DNA of 64,000 bases. It comes from an uncultured virus (IMG/VR IMGVR_UViG_3300029297_000290) (taxonomy: Duplodnaviria; Heunggongvirae; Uroviricota; Caudoviricetes). The notes below the pieces were generated by a model. That model saw only the letters and a list, made by a program, of their open reading frames with translations. It was not told the DNA's origin and did not search any database. Position 1 is the stretch's first letter, and each line of letters begins with the position of its first letter. Below, piece after piece: positions 9,495-17,952 of this stretch. The position numbers and the translations under genes are program-made. The stretch is taken from IMG/VR virus record IMGVR_UViG_3300029297_000290, one strand, 5' to 3'.

Positions 9495-10347
9495 TATATA
9501 CCCCTCCTTACTTATAAAGTATCAGGAACTTTTAGATTATGAGTATCTATACAACGAGTATTGGGGTAACTCAGATGATCCAAAATATAATTTGGAAGAG
9601 TTTTATCTCATTCAAGAGGCTAATCTTATTAATTCTATTAATAGGGTGCCTTTTGAAAACGAAGCTGCAAGTTGTGGAACTGCCTTCAATGAAATCGTTG
9701 ATTGCCTGATTGAAAACCGGAAGTCAAGTCGTGAGGATTGCATCATAAAATCCAAGAAGGATAATAATGGCAACACTGTTATAGAGGCTCGGATTCATGA
9801 TTTCGTATTCGATTTTGACCTTCAGTTGTGTAGAGAGACAGCGGATTATTTCACCGGATCCATACCTCAGTATCTTGCAAAGGCGGTTATGTCTACCGAC
9901 TACGGCAATGTCCTTCTTTACGGGTTTGCTGATGAATGGGTATCGTCACAGATGTTTGACATAAAGACAACCGGAAAATATAGCTGGGGCAAGTTTGAGA
10001 AAGGCTGGCAACGGCATGTATATCCTTGGTGCGCGATAGAGTCTGGAGATGCGACAGAGATAGAGAGTTTCACCTACTATGTCATTGAATGGGCATACCA
10101 GCGCAAGGGCGAGCCGTTGAAGGCTAAGGGTGTGTATCTGGAGACCTACACCTACAATCATGAGGAGAGCGGTGTGATGATACGCGAGATATTGGAGAGT
10201 TTTATCGGGTGGCTTCTTTCCCGTAGGATATTCATTCAGGATCAGCGCATCTTTGGAGGCAAGAATCCGGAAGGCTGGCACAGCAGACCGGTGGATATTA
10301 AAGAGCTTGAAAAGGCAATATTTGGTAACAATCTAAAAACAGCATAA
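9481..10347 (+). CDS. PD-(D/E)XK exonuclease (Cas4/RecB-like)
   Basis: GTAFNEIVD, LYGFADE, FDIKTT, WQRHVY motifs; Sak4-exonuclease-SSB synteny. Confidence 0.75.
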   Translation: MIKYNIYPSLLIKYQELLDYEYLYNEYWGNSDDPKYNLEEFYLIQEANLINSINRVPFENEAASCGTAFNEIVDCLIENRKSSREDCIIKSKKDNNGNTVIEARIHDFVFDFDLQLCRETADYFTGSIPQYLAKAVMSTDYGNVLLYGFADEWVSSQMFDIKTTGKYSWGKFEKGWQRHVYPWCAIESGDATEIESFTYYVIEWAYQRKGEPLKAKGVYLETYTYNHEESGVMIREILESFIGWLLSRRIFIQDQRIFGGKNPEGWHSRPVDIKELEKAIFGNNLKTA

Positions 10348-10351
10348 TAAT

Positions 10352-10798
10352 ATGGCATACAGAATATCAGGAAAGATTCTTTCCATCGGGGAGTCAAAAA
10401 GCCTCATGTCTAAGTCCGGCACTCCTTTTGTAAAGCGTGATCTAATCATTGCCGTAAGAGTCTTTGATCAATACACCGGAAGACCCACGGAGGATATGAA
10501 CAACACTCCGAAATTTACCTTTATGAACGACAGGGCGCAACAGCTTGATCAGTTCAAGACAGGTGATATTGTGGAGATTGCATTTGATCTCACCGGAAGA
10601 CCGTATCAGAAGAATGGAGTGACGGAATATCTCAACGACATACGACCTGTATGGATTGGACTTGCGAGAGGTCAGCAGCAACGACCGGAGCCTACGCCAA
10701 TAAGTGATATTATACCGCAGGCAATGCCGCAGATGCAGCCATCGGCACCGGAACCGATTGCTCCAGTGCAAGAGCAAAACGAAGATCTTCCATTTTAA
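10352..10798 (+). CDS. DUF3127-like SSB-type OB-fold protein
   Basis: ISGKILSI...GDIVEIAFDLTGR and acidic tail EDLPF. Confidence 0.8.
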   Translation: MAYRISGKILSIGESKSLMSKSGTPFVKRDLIIAVRVFDQYTGRPTEDMNNTPKFTFMNDRAQQLDQFKTGDIVEIAFDLTGRPYQKNGVTEYLNDIRPVWIGLARGQQQRPEPTPISDIIPQAMPQMQPSAPEPIAPVQEQNEDLPF

Positions 10799-10810
10799 AT
10801 TTTCATAGTC

Positions 10811-11251
10811 ATGTTTTACGACCTATCCAACGAATTACAGGCTGAAAATTTCAAGAAGAGGTGCAATGCGCTCTTCCGCAAAAAAACCATCGTGGATCTT
10901 ACCGAGAAGAAGCCGCAGCGGACGAGAAGCCAAAACGCCTACCTTCATGCAGCTCTCGGCTATTTTGGACTGCAACTCGGCTATCGGATGGGAGAGGTGA
11001 AGGAATGGTATTTCAAGGATTTGTGTAATCCGGATCTGTTTGTCCGGATGGTCGAGGATAGGATAACCGGAGAGATGAGGAAGACTTTCCGGTCATCCTC
11101 CGACCTCGATACTGCCGAGATGACAACCGCAATCGAGCGTTTCCGCAATTGGGCGGCGGATGTCGCCGGGGTCTACATCCCGTCACCGGAAGAGCATCGG
11201 CTTGTGGAGCAGATGGAGATTGAGGTCCAACGTGCAAAACTGTATCTATGA
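10811..11251 (+). CDS. NinB/Orf-like recombination protein
   Basis: RTRSQNAYLH and RSSSDLDTAEMTTAIE motifs. Confidence 0.65.
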   Translation: MFYDLSNELQAENFKKRCNALFRKKTIVDLTEKKPQRTRSQNAYLHAALGYFGLQLGYRMGEVKEWYFKDLCNPDLFVRMVEDRITGEMRKTFRSSSDLDTAEMTTAIERFRNWAADVAGVYIPSPEEHRLVEQMEIEVQRAKLYL

Positions 11252-11475
11252 CAGAGAATCAGAAACTACTGCTTCCATACGTGGAGGCTCGCACTAACGA
11301 TGTAATCAATGACAAGACAAGCAGGGGGATTTTCCCTCTGCTTGCCACCGAGCCGGAGATTATCGCTGATATAAGGGGTGATGTTCTGGAGTGCATGAGG
11401 GAGCTTCACCGACAAAAAGTATTCACAGGCACGGAAACAATCAATGACGCTGCCTTAAAAAGATTTGAAAAATGA
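11248..11475 (+). CDS. Hypothetical protein
   Basis: ATGA-coupled 75 aa ORF. Confidence 0.6.
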   Translation: MTENQKLLLPYVEARTNDVINDKTSRGIFPLLATEPEIIADIRGDVLECMRELHRQKVFTGTETINDAALKRFEK

Positions 11476-12371
11476 TAGAGACAAGAAAGACAGAAGAGAG
11501 ATACACAACATCCGACCCCAAGATGATGCTTGGGAAATACACCACGTCAAGAGTCTACAAGACTTGGACTGAGGATGTGGTTGATGAGAATGGGGAGGTA
11601 GTCTCGATCGAGAGAAATCAGGTGCTGTTCGACAGAGGTGTCTACATAAGCAATGAAGTGCTTACTGAAATCAAGTTCTGGCTTGAAGAGGGATCGGTTA
11701 AGGAGATAGAGGTCTCCAACCAGAAGAGACTTTCCTATCTCGAAAAGAATAACCGTCTATTCCCTTATAAGGCGATTGTCGGGATAGATGGTAAGAAACA
11801 TTCGTTCCTTCTTTATACCACCTCCATACAGAATGCAACGGAGATCATCAATGATTATGTGGAACTTAATTTTGTCGGAGGCTACAACATCACCGGACTG
11901 AATGAGCTGGACTATTGCGTGATACTTGTAGATAAGTTGAAGACCATCCGCCAGCGCAATATAGAGCTTGATATTGCCTATCTCAATGACGAGATTTCCA
12001 TTGAGGAATATATCGGATCAAAGGTTGAGGACACGGAAGATGAGAGCGACAATGACAATGATAATGACCAATTGAAGCTGAGGTTCTACCAGATTGTTGC
12101 AAAGATAATCTGCCGACTTGATAAGGATGATGCCGATTAGGAGGAGTACGACCAGAAATTCATCGTGAGAACATTCAGTGCAGTCCGTGCGAACCTGATC
12201 ATCCAGAAGTATCTTCAGGACTGTCAGGAGGAGCGTTATCAGGAGTCGCTTGAACATCCTGACCGCAAGTTTGTGAAACGTGAGATATTGTCGTTTATTG
12301 AGGAATCAAAGATTCTCAGTGTCGGGGATTTCATTCCAAGGCAGTTCTCGGAAGCGTATGTGGAGGAGTGA
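11472..12371 (+). pseudogene. Protein with RpoB-insertion-like N-terminus, interrupted by an in-frame TAG at 12138-12140 (pseudogene or readthrough)
   Basis: ORFs 11472-12140 and 12165-12371 share a frame and read ...DDAD*EEYDQKFIVRTF... Confidence 0.65.
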
Positions 12372-12736
12372 TTATGGTTTATGCAAGACAAACAATCTAT
12401 TCGCAGCCTCCCAGCAAAGCAAATTCATATAAAATAATCAGTGTTGCCGGGCATCATAGACTCGGCAAGACTGATGCTATGAGGCGTTACGAGGAGAATT
12501 TCTTCATGCAGTGTTCGCTCAGAAGAAAGATGATCTCCACCCGATTTAAGATGACGGTGGATGTATATTTCAAGAGTGACCTTCCGGATCTTGACAATTC
12601 GCTTAAGATATTGCTGGATTGCCTTCAGGCGTGTGGGGCGATCAAGAATGACCGTCTATGTGCCGAGATCCATGCCCGGAAGCTCATAGACAAGAAGAAC
12701 CCAAGGGTAGAATTTGAGATTGAGGAACTAATATAA
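12368..12736 (+). CDS. rusA: RusA-like Holliday junction resolvase
   Basis: PPSKAN, PDLDNSLKILLDCLQ...IKND motifs. Confidence 0.8.
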   Translation: MIMVYARQTIYSQPPSKANSYKIISVAGHHRLGKTDAMRRYEENFFMQCSLRRKMISTRFKMTVDVYFKSDLPDLDNSLKILLDCLQACGAIKNDRLCAEIHARKLIDKKNPRVEFEIEELI

Positions 12737-12745
12737 TTAGAAAAG

Positions 12746-13756
12746 ATGAGCCTTAACTACATAGAATTAATAAACCGCTTTTGGCAGGAGGTCGAGATAG
12801 AAGGTTTTCTTCCCTCAGAGGCATGCGTCTATTTCAGATTGCTTGACGTATGCAACAAGTTAGGATGGCAAAATCCGTTCTCCCTCTCCAACGTACGGGC
12901 AGTCGCGCTCATGGGGATGACAGAGAAGTCATTTAGGACTGTGAGAGACAAGCTCGTTAGTCGCGGACTCATATCCTTCCGGCAGGGAAGCCGGAGAGAG
13001 AAGGCTCCTGAATATTGTTTCCCGATTTCAATAGATGGAGAGATAGTTTTTCCATGGGATTCCAAGAAGAAAAAAGAACCTTTGCAGGACGTTTTGGGGG
13101 TAAATTTTACCGCAAAACGGGAAGTAAAAACTACCGCAAAACGGGAAGTAAAAAGGGAAGCAAACGCTACCGCCATAAATAAACTAAAACATAAACAAAA
13201 ACAAAATATATCTGATGATATTGACGCGGGCACGAGCGCAAGCACAAATGAGGAAGGAATCTCAATCGCAAGGTTTGATTCTTTCATCCAGGATGTTTTT
13301 GATGGCAAGTTGCAGGTTTGGGAAGATTCAATGAGAATAAAATTTGGCATCGAAGATGTAAAAGATTATCTCCCTTCTTTCAGACAACATGCAATAGCAA
13401 CAGGGAATATTGATAAAATTCTAAACATAAGAGATTTTAGATTTTATTTTCAAAATTCTTATGAATATTTTACCAAGCAACGCCCCATAGAGGTTCTTGC
13501 GCAATATACCCGTGAGGCTAAAAGTGAAGACTATAAAAAATTCTGTAATTTCCTAAAGGACAAGGCTCCAAATGCCGCCGCTGAAATGATTCCTCTCTCA
13601 GAGGATGAATTCTGGAAACTCAAGGGATGCTACGATTCGCAGAAAATCGGGAACGCAGTCCTCGAGATTAATAACCGCGAATACAAGTTTTATAAACGCA
13701 ATTCGCTATTTCAAACTATAAAATCCTATTTAGCAAATGAATACAACAAATCCTGA
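12746..13756 (+). CDS. Phage replication initiator (N-terminal wHTH)
   Basis: MSLNYIELINRFW...LLDVCNKLGW; internal repeats; directly upstream of helicase. Confidence 0.7.
   Translation: MSLNYIELINRFWQEVEIEGFLPSEACVYFRLLDVCNKLGWQNPFSLSNVRAVALMGMTEKSFRTVRDKLVSRGLISFRQGSRREKAPEYCFPISIDGEIVFPWDSKKKKEPLQDVLGVNFTAKREVKTTAKREVKREANATAINKLKHKQKQNISDDIDAGTSASTNEEGISIARFDSFIQDVFDGKLQVWEDSMRIKFGIEDVKDYLPSFRQHAIATGNIDKILNIRDFRFYFQNSYEYFTKQRPIEVLAQYTREAKSEDYKKFCNFLKDKAPNAAAEMIPLSEDEFWKLKGCYDSQKIGNAVLEINNREYKFYKRNSLFQTIKSYLANEYNKS
13108..13154 (+). repeat. Tandem 23-bp iterons (24-bp period), probable replication origin
   Basis: TACCGCAAAACGGGAAGTAAAAA at 13108 and 13132, then partial copies and an A-rich tract. 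Confidence 0.6.
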
Positions 13757-15155
13757 ACCTCATAACCCTCTTGATCCCGAATGCCTGCCGCTCCATAACA
13801 CCGAGATGGAGAAAACGGCACTCGCCACCCTTATGACCTTCGGCAGCTCTTTGGAAGAGATCGGGGATGTATTGAGCGAGGATTGCTTCTATGACATCCG
13901 CAACAAGGAGATTTTCAAGGCTATAAAATCGGTCTATTCGTCAGGGCATTTCCCAGATATGACACTTGTCAGTTCTGAACTCGCCAAGATGGGGTCGGAC
14001 GTTACAATACTGGAGGTGACGGAACTTTGCGTGAACACTGTTAAGGTGGCAGACCTTCATCCTCATGTCCTGATTCTCAAAGATTATGCTCTTCGCCGGA
14101 AACTCTGGGAGATATGTTACCATGCGATGTGTCGCACATCAGGTGCTTCGGATGCTATTACTGCCATTCACAAGGATGTCAAGGATGGACTTGATGCGCT
14201 ATTTGATCAGGAGAAAAGTGAGTTGTCTACCTTGGGTACGGTATTCAAGAAACTCAATGAGAAGATGATTTTCAATCATGACCAGCCGGATGGTTTCATT
14301 TATGGCACACCGACCGGGTTCCCGGAATTGGATCGTGATGGAGGTCTTTGCGGTACAGATCTTATCATTGTGGGAGCCGAGACGTCGCAAGGAAAAACCT
14401 CTTTTGCAACGGCACTCGCAATGTCGGCTATCGAGTATGGGGATGGGGTAGCCTTCTATTCGATGGAGATGACATCCCTCCAGTTAGCTGCCAGAATTGC
14501 ATCCATGCGCAGCGGCATATCCTCAAAGAGGATTCTCCGGCAAAAGATGACAGAGGAGGAGATTTTCAAGATCGGCAAGGCTATGCAGGGGATAGACATG
14601 GATAAATTGTTTTTTGACGAGAAGTCGACTTCCTCACTTGATTCAATCGTGATGTCGATACGCATGATGAAATCAAGAAACGATATAAAGGGGGCGGTTG
14701 TAGACTACATGCAGCTTATCCAAAAGATGCCGGGGATGAGCACGGAGCAAGCTACCGCCAGATGCGCCAGAGATCTGAAGAATCTTGCAAAGGAACTTGA
14801 CATCTGGATTATAGCAATATCCCAGTTAAGTCGAGACCGATCCAATCCACTACCATCCATGTCGCGACTTCGTGATTCCGGACAGATTGAGGAAGCTGCT
14901 GATAATATCTATCTCATATATCGGGCGAGAGATAACAAGCAGACCTACCCGGAACCATTTACGGGTTATCCAACGGATGGTACGGCTATGGTCATCATCG
15001 GGAAGGGAAGAAACACGGGTACCGGTGAATTTCTTTGTGGATTCAAAGGGGAAAATACTCTTTTCTATCCGCTTACGGAATACGATAAAGCCACGATGGA
15101 ACGTGTCGGGACAGAACAAAAAACCGCCTTGAACAATGATGTTTTCCCATTTTGA
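13737..15155 (+). CDS. dnaB: DnaB-like replicative helicase
   Basis: GAETSQGKT, FYSMEM, VVDYMQL, ISQLSR, LRDSGQIEEAAD, KGRN motifs. Confidence 0.92.
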   Translation: MNTTNPEPHNPLDPECLPLHNTEMEKTALATLMTFGSSLEEIGDVLSEDCFYDIRNKEIFKAIKSVYSSGHFPDMTLVSSELAKMGSDVTILEVTELCVNTVKVADLHPHVLILKDYALRRKLWEICYHAMCRTSGASDAITAIHKDVKDGLDALFDQEKSELSTLGTVFKKLNEKMIFNHDQPDGFIYGTPTGFPELDRDGGLCGTDLIIVGAETSQGKTSFATALAMSAIEYGDGVAFYSMEMTSLQLAARIASMRSGISSKRILRQKMTEEEIFKIGKAMQGIDMDKLFFDEKSTSSLDSIVMSIRMMKSRNDIKGAVVDYMQLIQKMPGMSTEQATARCARDLKNLAKELDIWIIAISQLSRDRSNPLPSMSRLRDSGQIEEAADNIYLIYRARDNKQTYPEPFTGYPTDGTAMVIIGKGRNTGTGEFLCGFKGENTLFYPLTEYDKATMERVGTEQKTALNNDVFPF

Positions 15156-15192
15156 AAAAGTGTTGTAAAACATAAAAATAAATTGATAAATA

Positions 15193-15225
15193 TATTTGAA
15201 TTTTAAATACTATTTATTAATTTTG
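15193..15225 (+). promoter_or_regulatory. Conserved phage promoter, copy 1
   Basis: TATTTGAATTTTAAATACTATTTATTAATTTTG; near-identical copies at 36192(-), 36423 and 40226. Confidence 0.7.
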
Positions 15226-15254
15226 CATATCCAAAAGAACTAAAAGCAAAAAAC

Positions 15255-15659
15255 ATGAACATAGAAGGCTTAGCAGGTGGTGCCGCACCTGTCACAACAA
15301 AATCCGGTACAAGCTGCCATACGGCGGTAAAATCCCTTGAATACATATTTGATAAGGTTTCAGAAACCATGATCGCCAGCATTGATCCTGATGCTGACGG
15401 TAAGCAATCATTTTCCTTTGCATTTGAGGATGATGATTATCGGGTGGAAGGAGAAGGTTGGGTTGATATGGAATCAGAGCTAACCGGAGATGGATATGTC
15501 ACACCGACTATGTATGTGGTTAAGGGATGCTCGAGACTTAACGAACTTACAATAACCTATTGCGATGAGGATGAAAATATTCAATCCATGAATGAAGACG
15601 AAGTGGAATGTTTTCGCAAGATGCTGGATGAGATACTCGCAGATTTCGTCAATGATTAA
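15255..15659 (+). CDS. Acidic hypothetical protein
   Basis: 134 aa ORF after promoter, CTAAAAGCA leader. Confidence 0.65.
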   Translation: MNIEGLAGGAAPVTTKSGTSCHTAVKSLEYIFDKVSETMIASIDPDADGKQSFSFAFEDDDYRVEGEGWVDMESELTGDGYVTPTMYVVKGCSRLNELTITYCDEDENIQSMNEDEVECFRKMLDEILADFVND

Positions 15660-15679
15660 TCATTGATCTTTTAGGAAAT

Positions 15680-16015
15680 CCAATCGCCGTAAAGGATTGG
15701 AATGGCGAGATATTATCATCAGTATAGGGAGGATTAACTCCTCCACTCGTCACGACGGATTGAGTACATTGACATTGCGGGTTGTCGTGTGAAGCGCACG
15801 ACCGAGGCTCTTCCGAAAGCCAGTGTCGCACGTGATGCGAGTATGGATGTGCCGGGAATGAAACGGAAGATGAGGGCTGTGTTGTTACCCAAGAGGAGAA
15901 AGACAATAGTGATGTTCCGGTCACGATAAAGATGCGGATGAGGGGAGCGCGCCCAAGATCAGGAAACGAGCGTTTGAATTGGAAGCTTAGATTGTCTCTG
16001 TATAGGGAGGCATGA
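15680..16015 (+). ncRNA. Candidate large structured ncRNA
   Basis: Dense stems (TCCAATC/GATTGGA, GGAGGA/TCCTCC, GTCGTGTG/CGCACGAC, GACATTG/CAGTGTC); no credible + ORF. Confidence 0.4.
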
Positions 16016-16049
16016 GTATAGATATATAGATTTGAGGTTGATAATGGTA

Positions 16050-16133
16050 GCGCATGTAGCTTAATGGTAAAGCAGCACGGCGTGATTCTTGATTATGACC
16101 GTGCCGATGGAGGTTCGAGTTCTCCCTTGCGCA
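16050..16133 (+). tRNA. tRNA-like RNA with extended anticodon arm (no canonical anticodon)
   Basis: Acceptor GCGCATG/CTTGCGC, D arm GCTT-AATGGTA-AAGC, T arm GGAGG-TTCGAGT-TCTCC; GCACGG/CCGTGC encloses 18 nt. Confidence 0.7.
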
Positions 16134-16227
16134 CAACTACTTGGTTCTGGTAAAACTGAGCATCCGGCGAAAGCAGCAGATGGAGTGGTCTGCGGGTAAT
16201 TCCTCACCTACCCACCGGAGGTTTTTG

Positions 16228-16334
16228 GGGAGCGAAACTGCCACGGAAATGCCGCGTGGCGCGAACGGAGTGACGGCAGCGATGCTGCACACTGAAATCT
16301 GGCAAAGGTCGAGGGGTCGTTCCCTCCGCTCCCG
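16228..16334 (+). ncRNA. tRNA/tmRNA-TLD-like RNA
   Basis: Acceptor GGGAGCG/CGCTCCC, T-like arm GAGGG-GTCGTT-CCCTC, TGCCA/TGGCA helix enclosing an insert. Confidence 0.5.
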
Positions 16335-16404
16335 CGATTATATTTCATACATATAAATTTTCAGACATAGCATCCTCATGTAGTGATACAGTATGGATGC
16401 AACT

Positions 16405-16500
16405 GAGGAGATACAGCCAAGTGGACGAGGCGACTTCACCGACCAGCGTGAGGTTCGGAGCAATCCGACATCGTGGGTCCGAATCCCATTCTCCTCTCCA
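16405..16500 (+). tRNA. Atypical class II tRNA-like RNA, 8-nt anticodon loop, encoded CCA
   Basis: Acceptor GAGGAGA/TCTCCTC + TCCA; variable arm TCGGA-GCAA-TCCGA; T arm GTGGG-TCCGAAT-CCCAT; loop CGACCAGC. Confidence 0.7.
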
Positions 16501-16567
16501 TTTTTTTTGGTAAAGTTAATAATATTTAGCTCGGGAAATCGGCGGTCTGTGAAGATAGCCGACAAAT

Positions 16568-16639
16568 GGATAGGTCGTCTAAGGTAGGACAACCAGATTG
16601 TACAATTTGGAAGATGTGGGGTCGTATCCACCCTTTCCA
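16568..16639 (+). tRNA. Atypical tRNA-like RNA, 8-nt loop TTGTACAA (Tyr GTA-like plus 1 nt)
   Basis: Acceptor GGATAGG/CCTTTCC, D arm GTCT-AAGGTA-GGAC, anticodon stem CCAGA/TTTGG, degenerate T loop. Confidence 0.6.
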
Positions 16640-16813
16640 CTAAGGGTTATCCGTGAGGACTCCGGCTCCAAGAGAGGGGCGAAGCGTTCATAATATTTTG
16701 TTTTTAATAGTTTTTGCTTTGGGATTTAATTGTTGTCCCAAAGGAGGTTTTTTGTTAAGTGTTATATAATTATGGAATCATTTTTCTTAGGTAAAGAAGA
16801 TTATGGTTCATCT

Positions 16814-16845
16814 GTCGGCTGCCCGTGAGGGTGGCTGACTTTTTT
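16814..16845 (+). terminator. Intrinsic terminator-like hairpin
   Basis: GTCGGCTGCCC-GTGA-GGGTGGCTGAC followed by a T tract. Confidence 0.7.
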
Positions 16846-16847
16846 AT

Positions 16848-16936
16848 GGGAAGCAGAATATGAACGGTTATGTCCTGTCGAAATCGCAATGTGTGGTCAA
16901 CTGGCAGTATCCTGGGTTCGACTCCCAGGCTTCCCG
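16848..16936 (+). ncRNA. tRNA-like RNA with extended anticodon arm
   Basis: Acceptor GGGAAGC/GCTTCCC, canonical T arm CTGGG-TTCGACT-CCCAG, CTGTCG/TGGCAG enclosing ~21 nt. Confidence 0.65.
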
Positions 16937-16957
16937 CTAATTTAAAAAACAGGACGT

Positions 16958-17611
16958 ATGGGAAATGGGTATCTGACTTCGGTTGTATCGAAGGAGCGGT
17001 TTATTGATGATCTGCCGCAACAGGAGCTTTGTCTGTGGGGTCTGCGGCTGTTTGCATTGATAAACCTGTCATGGGACTATATAGACACGATATTGCAGGT
17101 TTGCAGAAATCACAGGATGGATGAGACGAAGCGGCTTGCACGTAGGGTGAGGGAACTTAAGAGGGAGTATGACCAGTTCCGGATATGCGGTCCGGTGGAT
17201 GGCAGCTTTGAGAAAGCGGAAACCCGTCATGGTCTGATAATCGAGGAGATTTATGAGGGGGATTTTGACAGGCTCTTTGCGAGTCTGACGCTGGAGGCTG
17301 ACCGTAGAAAGCTGACCGGGGGGGGTAGGGAGTTGTTTATCGCGGTGCATCAGGCATTGGCTCTGATGAATGCGGTGAGGATGTATGCCCGGTGGTGTGA
17401 CAGGCAGATGGCGAGTCATGGGGTGTGGCAGACGGATTGCTGCATGGTGCAGCAGCAGTTTCTTGACCTATTCCCGTTGATTCCGCAGTTTTTGCCGGGG
17501 GTGTTGCGCAATCCGGCATTTCATGAGACTTCGGCTCGGATAATCGCCAACAGACTTCATACGTTCGGTGAGCCGATTGGTGGAGGCAAGTATGTTTTTA
17601 AACGATTATAA
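16958..17611 (+). CDS. Hypothetical protein
   Basis: 217 aa ORF. Confidence 0.7.
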   Translation: MGNGYLTSVVSKERFIDDLPQQELCLWGLRLFALINLSWDYIDTILQVCRNHRMDETKRLARRVRELKREYDQFRICGPVDGSFEKAETRHGLIIEEIYEGDFDRLFASLTLEADRRKLTGGGRELFIAVHQALALMNAVRMYARWCDRQMASHGVWQTDCCMVQQQFLDLFPLIPQFLPGVLRNPAFHETSARIIANRLHTFGEPIGGGKYVFKRL

Positions 17612-17622
17612 CTGATAATATC

Positions 17623-17952
17623 ATGAGGATTTTTATTGTGGTTCCGGTTGAGAATCGGAAATTGGAGGAGGCGCGGCATGAGGCTGACTTGGTTAAGGCA
17701 TCGTTGTCGCGGAGAGGGCACACGCCTGTGTCGCCGTTTGACATTTATGTCGGAAAGGGTGCGAATAAGTACGACAGGGCGGCTGCATGGATGAGAGCAG
17801 CTTTGGATTGCGATTGTGTGTTTATGTGCGTGGGTTGGGGTAACTCGCCGACGTGTTGCACAATCTTTAACGCGGTAAGGAATTTCAGTGGGGTGGATGG
17901 CAACAAGGAATATAGGGTGATTTATGGGAGATCGAAGGATAAGAAGAGCTGA
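17623..17952 (+). CDS. DUF4406-like (nucleoside deoxyribosyltransferase-like) protein
   Basis: MRIFI...RGHTPVSP...LDCDCVFMCVGWGNSPTC pattern. Confidence 0.6.
   Translation: MRIFIVVPVENRKLEEARHEADLVKASLSRRGHTPVSPFDIYVGKGANKYDRAAAWMRAALDCDCVFMCVGWGNSPTCCTIFNAVRNFSGVDGNKEYRVIYGRSKDKKS

Noticed and set aside
15680..16334. RNase P RNA, tmRNA or group I intron identity for the structured RNAs
   Set aside because: No GAGGAAAGUCC core, no G3:U acceptor with tag ORF, and no recognisable P7 motifs
16141..16640. ORFs 16141-16356, 16393-16587 and 16338-16640
   Set aside because: They overlap tRNA-like folds and lack protein-like composition
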